Assembly: GCA_965215365.1 (NCBI GenBank)
Contig: CBDCDS010000003.1
Location: 896,001-960,000 of the forward strand
Direction of reading: 5' to 3'
From: Gammaproteobacteria bacterium
GTDB lineage: Bacteria; Pseudomonadota; Gammaproteobacteria; Eutrophobiales; Eutrophobiaceae
DNA length: 64,000 nt
Numbering within the stretch: position 1 is the stretch's first letter; each line of letters starts with the position of its first letter. The notes beneath the pieces were generated by a model. That model saw only the letters and a list, made by a program, of their open reading frames with translations. It had not been told where the DNA came from and did no database searches. Positions 61,781 to 64,000 of the stretch are shown one piece after another. The translations under genes were made by a program, and so were the position numbers.

Positions 61781-61939
61781 CATGGCACCAAGAGCGCAGG
61801 GTTCAGTCAGGCACTAATTGCCCTTGCCTGATACCGGCTCCATGATTGTTGACATCAATACCGGAACAGTCATACTTCAAACCTCATCCAATCACAATTC
61901 GGGGAAAGTGCCCGTACCTGAACCACCTGGTAAGTAAGC

Positions 61940-62593
61940 GTGAAAAACAGCACAGACGGACGAGACGGATACAAGCGCGTCTTCGATCTGACAGTAATAA
62001 TCATCGCTTACACCCTGTTATTCCCGTTGTGGCTGACTGTCTGGCTCATCGTGCCGCTTGCCATCTGGCTGGAGGACAGGGGGCCGGTATTCTACGCGCA
62101 GGAACGGGTCGGCCGGCGCGGGCGGCATTTCAGGGTGCTCAAATTCCGCACCATGATCCAGAACGCGGAGAGCCTGACGGGCCAGGTGTGGGCGCGAGAA
62201 GATGACCCTCGTCTTACCCGAGTCGGCAGAATCCTGCGCCGGCTGCATCTCGATGAGATACCGCAGGTTATCAACATCATCAAAGGTGAGATGAGCCTGG
62301 TGGGACCACGACCGGAACGCCCGGCGCTGGCTGAGCGGTTCAGCCGTGAAGTGCCCGGCTTCTCCGAACGCCTCAGGGTCAGGCCGGGCATAGCTGGCCT
62401 CGCCCAGGTGCGCGGCAGCTACTGGACCGACCCGGTGTACAAACTGCGCTATGACAACCAGTACATCGAAACAATGGGCCCCTGGTTGGATCTCAAGCTG
62501 CTGTTCCTAGCCGTCTGGGTTGCCATCAAACGCATCCTTTATGGTGTGGATGCGGCGGTTGCTGAGGGTGGCGCGCAAAAAGATAAAGCCTGA
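61940..62593 (+). CDS. Bacterial sugar transferase (initiating phosphoglycosyl transferase domain)
   Basis: KR.FD, F...KFRTM, DDPR.TRVG..LR...LDE.PQ..N..KGEMSLVGPRP. Confidence 0.93.
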   Translation: MKNSTDGRDGYKRVFDLTVIIIAYTLLFPLWLTVWLIVPLAIWLEDRGPVFYAQERVGRRGRHFRVLKFRTMIQNAESLTGQVWAREDDPRLTRVGRILRRLHLDEIPQVINIIKGEMSLVGPRPERPALAERFSREVPGFSERLRVRPGIAGLAQVRGSYWTDPVYKLRYDNQYIETMGPWLDLKLLFLAVWVAIKRILYGVDAAVAEGGAQKDKA

Positions 62594-63507
62594 TGGCAGC
62601 GCCAACGCATTCTGACAACCTCGGCAAGCCAGCGCGCAATGTCAAGGTCTCCATCATCATCCTCACCTGGAATTCGGAACAACAGATCGGCCCGTGTCTG
62701 GCGGCACTGGAACAGGGTCTGAAGGCATATTCCTGCGAAGTCATCGTGGTTGACAACGGCTCAACCGACCAGACCCGCGCCCTTATCAAAGCAACGCGGC
62801 CCGATATACGGTTATTGTGCAACCCACAAAATCGCGGAGTGGCGCCGGCCCGCAACCAGGGCATTCGTCGTGCGCAAGGTGAATACCTGCTGATCCTCGA
62901 TGACGACACGGTAGTTCAACCCAATGCGCTCGATTGCCTCATCCGTTACATGGAACAACATCCGCAAGTCGGATTATGCGGCCCGAAACTAACCAGCGCT
63001 GATGGCGCCTTGCAGCTGTCCTGCCGGCGCTTTCCAACGCTCATGGACAAACTCGCCCGCCGCCTGCCCCTGCCGGAAACGCTCATCCGCAAACTGACCT
63101 CAGAGCCGGAAATGGCCGACTGGGACCATGCAACGGTGCGCAGGGTTGATTATGTCATCGGCGCCTGCCAGACCATTCGCCACCATGCCCTGGAGCAGGT
63201 GGGCCTGTTTGACGAGCGCATCTTCTACGGCCCGGAAGACGTCGATATCTGCCTGCGCCTGCAACAGTCCGGCTGGTCGGTAGTGTATAATCCCGAGGCA
63301 GTTGTGGTGCACGAGGAACGCAGAATAACCCGTTCACCCCTCTCGAGCCTGTTCTGGAAACACGCAGCCGGGTTGGGCTATTACTTCCGGAAGCATGGTT
63401 ATTTGCTGTCACGCAAACAGTTATATTCCCAGCTTATACAAACAAGGCCATTCGACCGGACTGAAAGGGGAGTTGTTACGGATGTAAATGGTAAAGTGTC
63501 ACCGTAA
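62593..63507 (+). CDS. Glycosyltransferase family 2
   Basis: SIIILTWN, VVDNGSTD, ARNQG, LDDD, FDE..FY..EDVD.C.R. Confidence 0.92.
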   Translation: MAAPTHSDNLGKPARNVKVSIIILTWNSEQQIGPCLAALEQGLKAYSCEVIVVDNGSTDQTRALIKATRPDIRLLCNPQNRGVAPARNQGIRRAQGEYLLILDDDTVVQPNALDCLIRYMEQHPQVGLCGPKLTSADGALQLSCRRFPTLMDKLARRLPLPETLIRKLTSEPEMADWDHATVRRVDYVIGACQTIRHHALEQVGLFDERIFYGPEDVDICLRLQQSGWSVVYNPEAVVVHEERRITRSPLSSLFWKHAAGLGYYFRKHGYLLSRKQLYSQLIQTRPFDRTERGVVTDVNGKVSP

Positions 63508-63538
63508 TTCCATCTGCGAGGCGTCTTTCAACAGCCTG

Positions 63539-64000
63539 CTAAATCATGCTCTGCTGAACCGGTTGTCCTTTGGGCTTTAGCAACATGATTTCGCGCAAAA
63601 TAACTGAACTGTTATGCCGATTAGCCACTAATGTTTCGGAATCTTCCTTGATGATTTGCCGATTCAAGTCGAATTTTGGATTGTTAGCGTCAGCGCCCTC
63701 ATCGTAAATAACAGCTCTCGGGATTGAGTAGTCTTTTGCGTACCTCATTGCCAACCTAGACCCACTGTCATTGCCACTATCATTTTTTGCGTAGCTGGCT
63801 GACAGTAGAATCGTATTGCTAAATAGCGCCTGCAATCGATCTCTTTCGGCATATCGTGAGATTAATTCTCTTTTTGACTTTGCACCAGTTAAGTACTCAG
63901 AAATCAACAGCCCGTTTTTCTTGACGATCTCTTCCGCTAATCCACGGTTTTTTGAAGGTAATACCTGATCTAAAGGCCCTGGCAAAATAGCGACTGTCCG
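63539..64000 (-). CDS. DprA/SMF-like Rossmann-fold protein (5' part beyond window)
   Basis: TVAILPG.LD...P..N..LAEEI....GLLISEY, ERDRLQA..S, SGS..A...A. Confidence 0.75.
   Translation of the reverse strand, partial: RTVAILPGPLDQVLPSKNRGLAEEIVKKNGLLISEYLTGAKSKRELISRYAERDRLQALFSNTILLSASYAKNDSGNDSGSRLAMRYAKDYSIPRAVIYDEGADANNPKFDLNRQIIKEDSETLVANRHNSSVILREIMLLKPKGQPVQQSMI

Noticed and set aside
61572-61939. tRNA gene near nadA (and after cpoB)
   Set aside because: No cloverleaf with a T-loop GTTCRA motif and CCA end could be found by eye

Overview
Gammaproteobacterial chromosome segment with a GC-rich core backbone: gatCAB, mreBCD-mrdA-rodA-mltB-rlpA-dacA-dat, tatABC, hisAFIE, polA, mgtE-ptsI-npr-ptsN-hpf-rpoN-lptBAC-kdsD, murU, tol-pal-cpoB, ruvCAB-yebC, nadA and two sugar/glycosyl transferases. 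The core operons are repeatedly interrupted by mostly lower-GC defence cargo, and no intact integrase or transposase is visible. The cargo comprises a type I hsdR (partial), a type III mod-PLD nuclease-res cassette, an RsrI/EcoRI-like type II pair, type ISP fragments, ParDE, AbiE and DUF4160/DUF2442 modules, a Fic gene and a membrane-anchored dCTP-deaminase-like gene. The most notable structures are: (1) the type III cassette sits between two exact 306-bp copies of the polA 5' end, which start precisely at the ATG, so intact polA becomes the last translationally coupled gene of the RM operon; (2) a ~1.2-kb tandem triplication of a heptad-repeat PD-(D/E)XK gene whose copies differ by whole 21-nt units, with a spacer holding captured pieces of a type ISP gene, a MITE end and the rplU upstream region and 5' end; (3) a MITE family whose terminal inverted repeat supplies the start codons of mreD and tolB and the stop codon of tatA. 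All product calls come from recognising motifs and synteny by eye; no database searches were run.
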